Assembly: GCA_963768385.1 (NCBI GenBank)
Contig: CAVYHQ010000002.1
Span: 255,270 to 287,269, forward strand
Direction: 5' to 3'
DNA length: 32,000 nucleotides
Origin: Bryobacterales bacterium
Lineage (GTDB): Bacteria; Acidobacteriota; Terriglobia; Bryobacterales; Bryobacteraceae
Shown in pieces: positions 17,633-25,541 of this stretch (within the stretch, counting starts at the first letter, position 1; the number at the start of each line of letters is the position of its first letter). A model generated the notes under the pieces. It made no database searches, was not told the DNA's origin, and saw nothing but the letters and a program-made list of their open reading frames with translations. A program made the translations under genes and the position numbers.

Positions 17633-18520
17633 ATGGTGAACCTTCAACAGAGATCGCTCCTGATTCTGGCTGGATTGGCGGTTGCGGCCTGGGCTCAATT
17701 GGCGCCGCCGGCGCGCGAGATTCCGCTTTATCCGGGGGTGGCTCCGGGTTCGGAGAATTGGGACTATTCGGAGAGAGCGGCCGGCACGCCGGACCGGCCG
17801 CAGGCACAGAATGTGGTTCGGCCGGTGTTGCTCTATTACCCGGCCGAGAAGGCCAATGCCGTGGGCACCGCGATGATCGTCGCGCCGGGTGGCGGGTTCC
17901 GGACCCTGATGATGTCGTATGAGGGAGTGGATGTCGCCAAACGGCTGAACCAGATGGGCGTCGACGCGTTTGTGCTGAAGTACCGCACTACCTACGTCGA
18001 CCCTGATGCGCCACCTGCCGCCGCGGCCGGGAGGGGGCCAGCCACAACCGGTCCGCAAGCGGGCCAGAATGTGCGTGAGATGGCAGGCAAGGACGGCCAG
18101 CAGGCAGTGCGCCTGCTGCGGCAGCGCGCGGGCGAATTCGGCGTGCTCCCGGATCGAATCGGCATCATTGGTTACTCGGCCGGCGGCGCGGTGGTTCTCT
18201 CGACGGTATATGGTCCTGCCGATGGAAGGCCCGATTTCGCGGCCGCCATCTATGCCGCCGGTGCAAACGCCAATCCACCGCCGGAAGGCGCCACCCCGCC
18301 GCTGTTCATCGCGGTGGCGGCGGATGACCAGGCAGTCGGAATGCAGGGGTCGATTGACCTGTTTGGCGCCTGGATCAAAGCCAAGGCGCCGGCCGAACTG
18401 CACGTGTTCCAAACCGGCCAGCACGGGTTCGGAAAGAAGGGTGGCGGGGCCGATCACTACCTGGACCGGCTGGAGGAGTGGCTGAAGCTGAACGGGTGGC
18501 TGAGCAGGGGGGCGAAGTAG
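17633..18520 (+). CDS. Secreted alpha/beta hydrolase (esterase/lipase-like)
   Basis: It has a signal peptide (MVNLQQRSLLILAGLAVAAWAQ), an oxyanion-type VAPGGGF, the nucleophile elbow IIGYSAGG, and a C-terminal HVFQTGQHGF. Confidence 0.8.
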   Translation: MVNLQQRSLLILAGLAVAAWAQLAPPAREIPLYPGVAPGSENWDYSERAAGTPDRPQAQNVVRPVLLYYPAEKANAVGTAMIVAPGGGFRTLMMSYEGVDVAKRLNQMGVDAFVLKYRTTYVDPDAPPAAAAGRGPATTGPQAGQNVREMAGKDGQQAVRLLRQRAGEFGVLPDRIGIIGYSAGGAVVLSTVYGPADGRPDFAAAIYAAGANANPPPEGATPPLFIAVAADDQAVGMQGSIDLFGAWIKAKAPAELHVFQTGQHGFGKKGGGADHYLDRLEEWLKLNGWLSRGAK

Positions 18521-18538
18521 AACCAGCGACCCTCAGCT
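18520..18538. repeat. Left copy of an exact 19-bp direct repeat (gaaccagcgaccctcagct), part of a 26-nt tRNA-Arg-derived remnant
   Basis: It is identical to 21768-21786 inside the tRNA-Arg gene. It fills the 16-nt gap between the esterase stop (18518-18520) and the PIN stop (18537-18539). It is followed by atccacc, which matches tRNA positions 21804-21810. Confidence 0.85.
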
Positions 18539-19100
18539 ATCCACCGTCGATGCCTTGTTCTTCGCAGAAGTATTCGACAAACCCCGGCACGTTCTTGGAG
18601 AGGCTGTTGAGCAGGCGGGGCAGAGAAACGCCGATCGCTCCAGCCTGATCATGCAGCTTGCCGACGAACAGGCCAGCGTCGAGATCGTAGAGCCCGCGCA
18701 GGAAGGCAGACGGCGCCTGGACGTCGATCTCCAGCGGTTGCACCGACGCGGCCGGAAAGTGGCGTCTATTGTAGGTGACGATCAGATCGGAGTGAGAGCG
18801 GACTGCCACGGCCAGCACATGACGGTCGCCGGGATCGTTCGTCATCGCGTCGATGAGCGGCTCGTAGCCCTCAACCCACGCTTCCGGGAAGTGCCGGCGC
18901 AGCTCTTCCTCCCGCTGGCGGGCCTTCTCGGGCGGCATATTCCACTTCGCGATGAGGTTCCGCGTCACCTCGTCCATGATCCGCTGCGACCAACGCGGCA
19001 GATAGAGCCTGGGCGCCTCCGCCATTCGCAGAAGCGAATCGGCCAGCGGCATCGGGATGAGCACACACGCGTCCAGCACGGCGCGGTAGTCAGCCCTCAT
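18537..19100 (-). CDS. PIN-domain toxin (PIN_3-like) of a type II toxin-antitoxin pair
   Basis: MRADYRAVLDACVLIP (first acidic residue), DRHVLAVAV and DLIVTYNRRHF fit the PIN acidic-residue pattern. The ATG at 19100 overlaps the upstream antitoxin stop as ATGA. Confidence 0.8.
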   Translation of the reverse strand: MRADYRAVLDACVLIPMPLADSLLRMAEAPRLYLPRWSQRIMDEVTRNLIAKWNMPPEKARQREEELRRHFPEAWVEGYEPLIDAMTNDPGDRHVLAVAVRSHSDLIVTYNRRHFPAASVQPLEIDVQAPSAFLRGLYDLDAGLFVGKLHDQAGAIGVSLPRLLNSLSKNVPGFVEYFCEEQGIDGG

Positions 19101-19552
19101 TCGTCTTGGCCGCCTTCGGGTATGCCGGTGCGATCATACAGGCCGGATTCAAAGGCTGCCTTGGCGATGCGGTCAAGGGCCGCCTTTCGCTCCTTGTCAC
19201 GGCGTTTCTGATAGGCGGCCAGGTCCTTGAGGTAGATGCGGCGATGGCTGCCGGCCTTATGATAGGGCAACTCGCCGCCTTCCAGAAGCTTGATGAGATG
19301 GGGCCGGGACATGCCCAAAAGATCGGCGGCACGTTGGGTAGTCAGTTGTTGGTTCTCGGGGATCAGAACGACCGCCCGGCCCAACTGCATGTTGCGCGCA
19401 ATGTCCTTGAGCAGCCGGAAAACAGCGCCCGGCAGTTCAAGCCGCTCCCCATCGGCCCCAACCAGAGCAGGTGATCCAAGCTGGAGCATCCGATTGAGCT
19501 CTCGGATCTGGACCTCTTCGGACTCGGGCAACGCGACAGGTTCATGCGGCAT
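19097..19552 (-). CDS. Excisionase/MerR-type HTH DNA-binding antitoxin
   Basis: The HTH is LTTQRAADLLGMSRPHLIKLLEGGELPYHKAGSHRRIYLKDLAAY. ATG 19552 has GGAGG 9 nt upstream. The GTG at 19585 would fall inside the candidate promoter. Confidence 0.75.
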   Translation of the reverse strand: MPHEPVALPESEEVQIRELNRMLQLGSPALVGADGERLELPGAVFRLLKDIARNMQLGRAVVLIPENQQLTTQRAADLLGMSRPHLIKLLEGGELPYHKAGSHRRIYLKDLAAYQKRRDKERKAALDRIAKAAFESGLYDRTGIPEGGQDE

Positions 19553-19573
19553 GGGTGCGGGCCTCCAACTTCG

Positions 19574-19602
19574 AGTATATTGCACAAACGAAATAAACGC
19601 AA
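19574..19602 (-). promoter_or_regulatory. Candidate sigma70-type promoter for the antitoxin/PIN operon
   Basis: The minus strand reads TTGCGT-(17 nt)-TATACT. The -10 element ends 21 nt upstream of ATG 19552, and the GGAGG lies in that leader. Confidence 0.4.
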
Positions 19603-19832
19603 CACATTCGGATTATTCGAAATCTGCCTGCCGCGAGGTTTGCGCTCAAATCTCTGATATGGTGCGCGGCTTTGTGGTGCGCAGCGATCAGGTAGCAGCC
19701 AGTTTCATCGACAGTGATTCAGAGCAACGACCGTGACAGACGTTTCGGCGTTCCAACACGTACCACCACGCGGTAAGCCCATTAGGAATCTGGTGGAGGG
19801 GTTGTGGATCGAGGGCTGCAACGGGGCGGTTC

Positions 19833-21623
19833 CTAGGGTTGTGCTGGTGCCGGAGCTTGGCGCCCGCACAGATATGCGGAGATATCCGCAACGAATTCCG
19901 AGGCTTCCCGAAACACCTCTGGTGATTCGCCGATTTTAGGGATGGCCTTGGCGATCCAATCAGGCTTGTTTGTCGGACCTTCACGCCACCAACACTCAAG
20001 CACGCCGGCCGGCACCAAGAATAGGCCAACTTCTCGGCACTTCATCAAGAGTTCCTTTCCGGCGGTCAACTCCGCACCCGTTAGCCTGCTGATGCCGTAT
20101 CGTTTCACCTCACTCCAGTCTGTAGCCGAATCTAATAGCTCCTGGAGTTCCTTGCGGTCTCCAGACGTAATCCTGCCTGCCATCTCGACTCGATCCAAAA
20201 CTGACCGGGCACTCTCGGCAAACTCAGAGGCCAGCACGAGAGGCTTCCGGTCATTTAAGGCCGAGGAGGTTCTCTTGTATAGTATTTCGATCTTTGACGG
20301 ATCGCCTCTAAGGGTACCGTACAGTTTCAAGAATTCTTCCCGCCGCCTAAGGAGGTCCAGATCCGCAATTACAGCAGTTGGAACGTCGAGAGCCTTGTAT
20401 GTCTCCGCAAGGGTAGCGATGGCCCCCTTACCGCCGCCATGCACGAAATACAGATCCAAAGGAAGTGACGATTCCTTCTCGGTGCGCAAGGCGAGTGCCT
20501 CATAAAAGCGGCAATCGGAGTCTGCTTCGCACACCACCACGCCGGAATGAAAGAGTCCAGTGATCGCCATGGACGAGCGAAGGAGGGGTTTCGCCCATAG
20601 ATCCTGTAATTCAGATTTTCCGAGGGCGGAGACGCGATTTCTATTCCCGTCCCGTGTCATCCGACACACGATGACGTTCGGGGAAGCATCCATCGCACCT
20701 TGGATGATGTCGCTACTGTGTGTTGCAAGGATTATTTGACGGCTGCCGGTTGTTGCGCTTTCTGCAAGGATGCTTCCCAACCGGCGGGCCTGGGGGGGAT
20801 GCAGAAAAGCCTCAGGTTCATCGATGAGCATCACCGGATGGGTGCCAACTTCTGCGGCGAGCACACTTCCTACGAAGCTTCGAATACCGTCGCCCTCGTT
20901 GTCCAGCCGCGGCTGCAACTCCAGAGCCTTCAAGTATTGCACGGATACGCGATCAGCATCACGCTGTCTAGGCGGTTCCTCTCCAACGTGAAACCACACT
21001 TGTTGCCCTCCGCCAAAGTTTATGAGTAACCGGCGATTGAAGGCGGACCGCACGAGGGCGGAAACCCGTTCAGCTAGAACCTCGTCCCGCTGGAGGAAGT
21101 GAATATACGCGGTTGGATTGGTGGTATACGGAGCTGATTGTGTTGCCGAGGCGATGGATAACCGTGATTGGGTATCAAGACGCAGCATCAGAACGTGGCT
21201 CATCCCGGCCACGCTTTGAGCAGTAAGTGTGAAACCTGGCTGCTCTGGTCCAATGCCTGTTCCAGGGTGACCGCCCGCACCATGCGGGAGGGGTGCAGTT
21301 TGGAAGAATTCAATACCTGGAGCTTGCTTGAATGCTGGGTATCGGAGGCGTAACCACTCTGCAAGCTGGTGCGGGGTTCCGGTGCATTGAAACGCAACGT
21401 CGGTGACCACATAGAACGGAAGTTGTGGATTCGGGCCGAACGGGCCCAGCCGTTGCAGATGTTGCTGGATTTCCCGGAGAGTAATACTCTTGCCGCTATT
21501 GTTCGGCCCCGTAATTATCAGCGTCGTTCCCGGTGCGGGGGAAAGAACCAATCCATCGTTAAACGTCAGCTTTTCAATACCAAATGTGAATTCCGAGGCC
21601 GGTGATGCGAAGGAGATGCCCAT
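19833..21623 (-). CDS. ABC-type ATPase fused to a TOPRIM/DUF4435-like nuclease domain (OLD-family or single-chain PARIS-like defence nuclease)
   Basis: ATPase motifs are Walker A ITGPNNSGKS, signature-like EGDGIRSF, Walker B VMLIDEPEAFLHPPQARRL and H-loop LATHSSD. The C-terminal half has VVVCEADSDCRFYEAL (TOPRIM Glu), HGGGKG and VIADLDLL (DxD). G+C is visibly lower than the flanks. Confidence 0.75.
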   Translation of the reverse strand: MGISFASPASEFTFGIEKLTFNDGLVLSPAPGTTLIITGPNNSGKSITLREIQQHLQRLGPFGPNPQLPFYVVTDVAFQCTGTPHQLAEWLRLRYPAFKQAPGIEFFQTAPLPHGAGGHPGTGIGPEQPGFTLTAQSVAGMSHVLMLRLDTQSRLSIASATQSAPYTTNPTAYIHFLQRDEVLAERVSALVRSAFNRRLLINFGGGQQVWFHVGEEPPRQRDADRVSVQYLKALELQPRLDNEGDGIRSFVGSVLAAEVGTHPVMLIDEPEAFLHPPQARRLGSILAESATTGSRQIILATHSSDIIQGAMDASPNVIVCRMTRDGNRNRVSALGKSELQDLWAKPLLRSSMAITGLFHSGVVVCEADSDCRFYEALALRTEKESSLPLDLYFVHGGGKGAIATLAETYKALDVPTAVIADLDLLRRREEFLKLYGTLRGDPSKIEILYKRTSSALNDRKPLVLASEFAESARSVLDRVEMAGRITSGDRKELQELLDSATDWSEVKRYGISRLTGAELTAGKELLMKCREVGLFLVPAGVLECWWREGPTNKPDWIAKAIPKIGESPEVFREASEFVADISAYLCGRQAPAPAQP

Positions 21624-21747
21624 TCACCGCTATAGTAGCCGATTGGCCTCCTTTGCGGCGGAAACCGCCCAGAGTCCATCGCCAAGGGAAACCGGGAGGG
21701 ATTGCGGCCAGAAAGGCCGCAAAAACACGTTTCCTTTGCTTCGAGTC

Positions 21748-21824
<77 letters not shown>

Positions 21825-21876
21825 ACATCCTCAGTTTAGCGTGGCAAGCCGGTGCCGCGGTGCTGTATATTGAGAC

Positions 21877-22326
21877 GTGATTCGCACCTGCGCTGTTCTA
21901 CTTTGCCTCTCGGCTTCGGCTCTCCGGGCGGCGGACTCCGCTGCCACGGCCGCCGGGCGCTGGCGGACCTTCGACGATAAAACACCCGGCAAGGCCAAGG
22001 CCATCATCGTGCTGTACGAAGAGAAGGGGCTGCTGTTTGGGCGCGTGGAAACGCTGGTCGATCCGGATGCGGTCAAGATCTGCGACAAGTGCAGCGACGA
22101 ACGCAAGGGCCAGGCGGTGACCGGCATGGTGGTCGTTCGCAGAATGAAGAAAGACGGCGAGGAGTATAACGGAGGCGATATCCTCGACCCCAAGAACGGG
22201 TCGGTGTACCGCTGCAAGATGCGCCTCGTCGACCAGGGCCGCAAGCTCTCGGTGCGGGGCTATCTGGGCCTGTCCCTGTTCGGGCGCTCGCAGACGTGGA
22301 TCCGCGACGATTCGGGGCAGAAGTAG
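21877..22326 (+). CDS. DUF2147-domain secreted protein
   Basis: It has a GTG start and a signal peptide (IRTCAVLLCLSASALRA). The DUF2147 pattern follows: GRWRTFDDKTPGKAKAII, C..C, GMVVVRRM, GGDILDPKNGSVYRCKM, LSVRGYLGLSLFGRSQTW. Confidence 0.8.
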   Translation: MIRTCAVLLCLSASALRAADSAATAAGRWRTFDDKTPGKAKAIIVLYEEKGLLFGRVETLVDPDAVKICDKCSDERKGQAVTGMVVVRRMKKDGEEYNGGDILDPKNGSVYRCKMRLVDQGRKLSVRGYLGLSLFGRSQTWIRDDSGQK

Positions 22327-22452
22327 GAAGCGGGTGCGGGACTTGAAAAGGGAGTGGCGTTGGCTGGCGGAAAGAAAGGGCAAGCTAAAGCATGCCCCAC
22401 CAAGGAACTGCCCCGGATAGGCGCGGGCGGCGTTTTCTGAGATAATCGCGGC

Positions 22453-23367
22453 ATGAAGAATCATAGTCGCCGTGAATGGCTGGGCGGAACCAGTCTGGCT
22501 CTGCTGGCCGGCCGGCTGCGGGCGCTGCCGCTGTCACAGTTCAAACTCGGGGTGACCACCGACGAGATCGATGACGACGTCCTTACCGCCGTCAAGTTTC
22601 TGCGCGAATATGAGCTCGGCTGGGCCGAGGTGCGGAACATCTGGGGGAAGTACAATACCGAGCAGCCGATGGAGAAAATCCGCGAGGCGCGCGGCATCTT
22701 CGACCAGAATGGCATCAAGGTGTCGATCGACAGCACGCCGTTCTTCCGGATTCCGCTGCCGGCCGAATCCGCCGAGGGGCAGCGAATCCTGGATGAACAG
22801 TGGGCCTTGCTGAATACTTCCATGGAGCGGGCGAGGGCGTTCGGCACGCAGAAACTGCGCGTTTTCGCGTTCATGCTGAGCGGCAGCGGGACGCCGTCCG
22901 AAAAGAGCTATGCGCGAATCTACGAACTGCTGAGCGAGGCCGCGCGGCGCGCCAAGCCGGGGGGATTCCGGCTGGCGGTGGAGAACCTCGGCGGCGGTTG
23001 CGTGGCCACCGGGGCGCAAGCGGGCGAGATGCTGAAGCGCGTCAAGGCGGATAACTTCGGGCTCACGTGGGACCCCAACAACGCGGGCGAATCCGGCGAG
23101 CAGGCGTTTCCCGATGGCTACCGCAAACTGGACCCGGCGCGCATCTTCCATGTGCATCTCCGCGACTACAAGCACCAGAACGGCAAGGTGGTGTGGACCG
23201 CCGTGGGCGATGGCGAGTTCGACAACCTCGGGCAGATCCGCGCCCTGTTGAACGACGGATACAAGGAGACCTTCACGCTGGAAACGCACTGGCGGGACCC
23301 GAAGGGCAAGGCGTACTCGAGCGCGACATCGCTCAAGGCCCTGCTGAAGGTGATCGAGCGCGTGTAG
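22453..23367 (+). CDS. Sugar phosphate isomerase/epimerase (xylose isomerase-like TIM barrel) with a Tat-type signal
   Basis: The N-terminus is MKNHSRREWLGGTSLALLAGRLRA. The body is a typical AP_endonuc_2/XylA-like barrel (RVFAF, LAVENLGG, WDPNNA, HVHLRDY, TLETHW). Confidence 0.8.
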   Translation: MKNHSRREWLGGTSLALLAGRLRALPLSQFKLGVTTDEIDDDVLTAVKFLREYELGWAEVRNIWGKYNTEQPMEKIREARGIFDQNGIKVSIDSTPFFRIPLPAESAEGQRILDEQWALLNTSMERARAFGTQKLRVFAFMLSGSGTPSEKSYARIYELLSEAARRAKPGGFRLAVENLGGGCVATGAQAGEMLKRVKADNFGLTWDPNNAGESGEQAFPDGYRKLDPARIFHVHLRDYKHQNGKVVWTAVGDGEFDNLGQIRALLNDGYKETFTLETHWRDPKGKAYSSATSLKALLKVIERV

Positions 23368-23369
23368 AG

Positions 23370-25541
23370 GTGAGAGACAGAGTCGGAGTTCGGCCGGTTC
23401 TAGTCCTGATCGGCTTCACCGCGGCCATTGCTCAGATCGTGCTCATGCGCGAGCTGATGGTGGTCTTCTGCGGCAACGAGATTTCGCTCGGGCTGATGCT
23501 GGGGAGCTGGCTGTTTTGGACCGCCGCGGGCAGCGCGTGGGCGGGCCGTCTCGGAGAACCCCGACGCCTGATGGCCGGTCTGGAGGCGCTGGTGGCCTTG
23601 GCGCTGCCGGCGACCATCCTGGCGGTGCGCGCCAGCAAGGCGGTGCTCGAAGCGGTTCCGGGAGAAAGCCTGGGGCCGGGGCCAATGCTGCTTGGGTCGC
23701 TGGCGACGCTGAGCCTGTTCTGTGTCCTGTCAGGCGCTCTGTTCGCCGCTGGCAGCAGGCTGTACGGGGATGACGTGGCCACCTCCACGGGTTCGGTGTA
23801 CCTGCTGGAGGCGCTGGGGTCCGCCGCCGGAGGCATGCTGGCGGGCCTGGTGCTGGTACGATACGTCGCCCCGCTCGAGATTGCATTGGGACTGGGGCTG
23901 CTCAATCTTCTGGCTGCGGCGGGCCTGGTAATCCGCGCGCGGTTGGCTCGCGGCGCGGCGATGGGCGCACTCGCCGGCATGGCGGTGTTGCTGGCGCTTC
24001 CTTTCGGTTTCCCGAGGCTGGAAACAATTTCCCTGGAGCGCTTCTGGCGCGGCTTCCACCTGGTGACGACGCGCAACTCGGTCTATGGCAACCTGGCGGT
24101 GGTCCGGACGGAAGGCGCCAGCAGTCTTTACGAGAACGGTCTGAACCTTTTTAACGTGCCCGACCCGGCCGCGGCGGAGGAGGCGGTGCATTACGCTCTG
24201 CTCGAGCAGCCTTCGCCTCGAAGCCTTCTGCTGATCGGCGGAGGCGTCAACGGGAGCCTGGCCGAAGCGCTCAAGCACGGCAGCCTGGAGCGGATCGACT
24301 ACGTCGAACTGGACCCAGCAATTCTGGACCTGTTCCCCATACAGAAGGACCCGCGAGTGCGCGTACACGTGACCGACGGGCGCCTGTTCTTGAAGACCAC
24401 GGCATCCACCTTCGACGTCATCATCGTGAATCTGCCGGATCCGCAGACCGCGCAGTTGAACCGGTTCTACACGCTGGAATTCTTCCGCGAGGCGGCGAGA
24501 AAGCTCACCGCGAGCGGCATCCTGGCGCTGCGGCTGACGGGGGCGGAGGATTACATCAGCCCGGAACTGGCGGCATTTCTGCGCTCCATCTACAAGACCC
24601 TGCGCGCGGTATTTCCCGAGGTCACGGCGATTCCCGGCGAGACCGTTCACTTCTTCGGCGCCAAGCGAACGGGAGTCCTGGCGGCTGGCCCCGAGGAGTT
24701 GCTAGCGCGGCTGCGGGCGCGGCGGCTCGAAACCAGCTACGTGCGGGAGTATTACATTCCCTTTCGCATGATGCCGGATCGCATGGCCGGCCTCGAACGG
24801 CAGATCGAGCCGCGGCCGGAGACGCCCGTGAACCGCGACTTTGCGCCGGTGGCCTACTACTTCGACGTGGCGCTGTGGAGCAGCCGCTTCAACCACGGTT
24901 ACCGCGACCTTTTCCGCGCCATGGCGGGCGTCAGCTTTAGCTGGCTGGCGGGAGCGGTGGGCGTGGTTCTGCTGGTGCTGGTGGCCAAGAAGCGGCGGGC
25001 CCGGACGGCGGCCGCGTGCTGCACCGCCGCCATGGGATTCACTTTGATCGGCCTGGAGATGCTGCTCCTGCTGGCGTTCCAGGCGATCTACGGCTACGTC
25101 TACCAGCAGCTTGCCGTCATCATTGCCGCTTTCATGGCCGGCATGGCGCTGGGGAGTTGGCTGGCTCTTGCACGGGGCAGGTCGGGGACCTGCCCCACAA
25201 TGCGCACCCTGGTGCTTCTGCAAATTGGCGCGGCCATCGCGCCACTGCTGCTGTGCGCGGTCTTTCAAGCTGTCACCCAATGGCTGTTTCCCGTGTTGGC
25301 GCTCGGCTGCGGGATGCTGGGCGGATTCGAGTTTCCGGTTGCCAGCCGGATCTTTGGCGGGCGCAATCCGGGAACACTGTACGCGCTCGACCTGGCGGGC
25401 TCCTGCCTGGGCGCGGTGCTGTTCAGCGTCTACTTGATCCCGGTGTTCGGCTTTCTCAAAACGGCCGTTCTGGCTGCGATGGTGAGCTTGGCCCCGGCAG
25501 TGATGGCGGTTCGTTCGGTGTCGGAAAGACCAGCGCGGTGA
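23370..25541 (+). CDS. Fused MFS-like membrane domain / spermidine synthase-like protein (paralog 2)
   Basis: GTG 23370 lies 2 nt after the upstream stop; the track start at 23067 lies inside the preceding gene. N-terminal TM helices are followed by a SpeE-like core (LLLIGGGVNGSLAEAL...IDYVELDP...VTDGRLFL...FDVIIVNLPDPQTAQLNRFYTLEFF), then about 6 more C-terminal TM helices. Confidence 0.8.
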   Translation: MRDRVGVRPVLVLIGFTAAIAQIVLMRELMVVFCGNEISLGLMLGSWLFWTAAGSAWAGRLGEPRRLMAGLEALVALALPATILAVRASKAVLEAVPGESLGPGPMLLGSLATLSLFCVLSGALFAAGSRLYGDDVATSTGSVYLLEALGSAAGGMLAGLVLVRYVAPLEIALGLGLLNLLAAAGLVIRARLARGAAMGALAGMAVLLALPFGFPRLETISLERFWRGFHLVTTRNSVYGNLAVVRTEGASSLYENGLNLFNVPDPAAAEEAVHYALLEQPSPRSLLLIGGGVNGSLAEALKHGSLERIDYVELDPAILDLFPIQKDPRVRVHVTDGRLFLKTTASTFDVIIVNLPDPQTAQLNRFYTLEFFREAARKLTASGILALRLTGAEDYISPELAAFLRSIYKTLRAVFPEVTAIPGETVHFFGAKRTGVLAAGPEELLARLRARRLETSYVREYYIPFRMMPDRMAGLERQIEPRPETPVNRDFAPVAYYFDVALWSSRFNHGYRDLFRAMAGVSFSWLAGAVGVVLLVLVAKKRRARTAAACCTAAMGFTLIGLEMLLLLAFQAIYGYVYQQLAVIIAAFMAGMALGSWLALARGRSGTCPTMRTLVLLQIGAAIAPLLLCAVFQAVTQWLFPVLALGCGMLGGFEFPVASRIFGGRNPGTLYALDLAGSCLGAVLFSVYLIPVFGFLKTAVLAAMVSLAPAVMAVRSVSERPAR

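Noticed and set aside
17579-18457. Upstream 293 codons of the 455-aa minus-strand ORF (17090-18457)
   Set aside because: Only the last 162 codons (from ATG 17578 with GGAGG) resemble a YbaK/EbsC domain. The rest is Arg/Pro/Gly-rich and lies antisense to a well-formed signal-peptide alpha/beta hydrolase gene on the + strand.
19553-19832. 280-bp lower-GC spacer between the OLD-like gene and the TA module, searched for an integrase fragment, small ORF or structured RNA
   Set aside because: No convincing ORF or recombinase motif appears in any frame. Only short repeats were seen (ggtgcgc x2; a ccacca/tggtgg stem with a 22-nt loop). It is kept only as the location of the TA promoter candidate.
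21704-21720. Hairpin gcggcc-agaaa-ggccgc, 27 nt downstream of the tRNA 3' end
   Set aside because: On the tRNA (minus) strand the T-run precedes the stem rather than following it. On the + strand the stem is followed by A's. It is therefore not a canonical intrinsic terminator in either direction.
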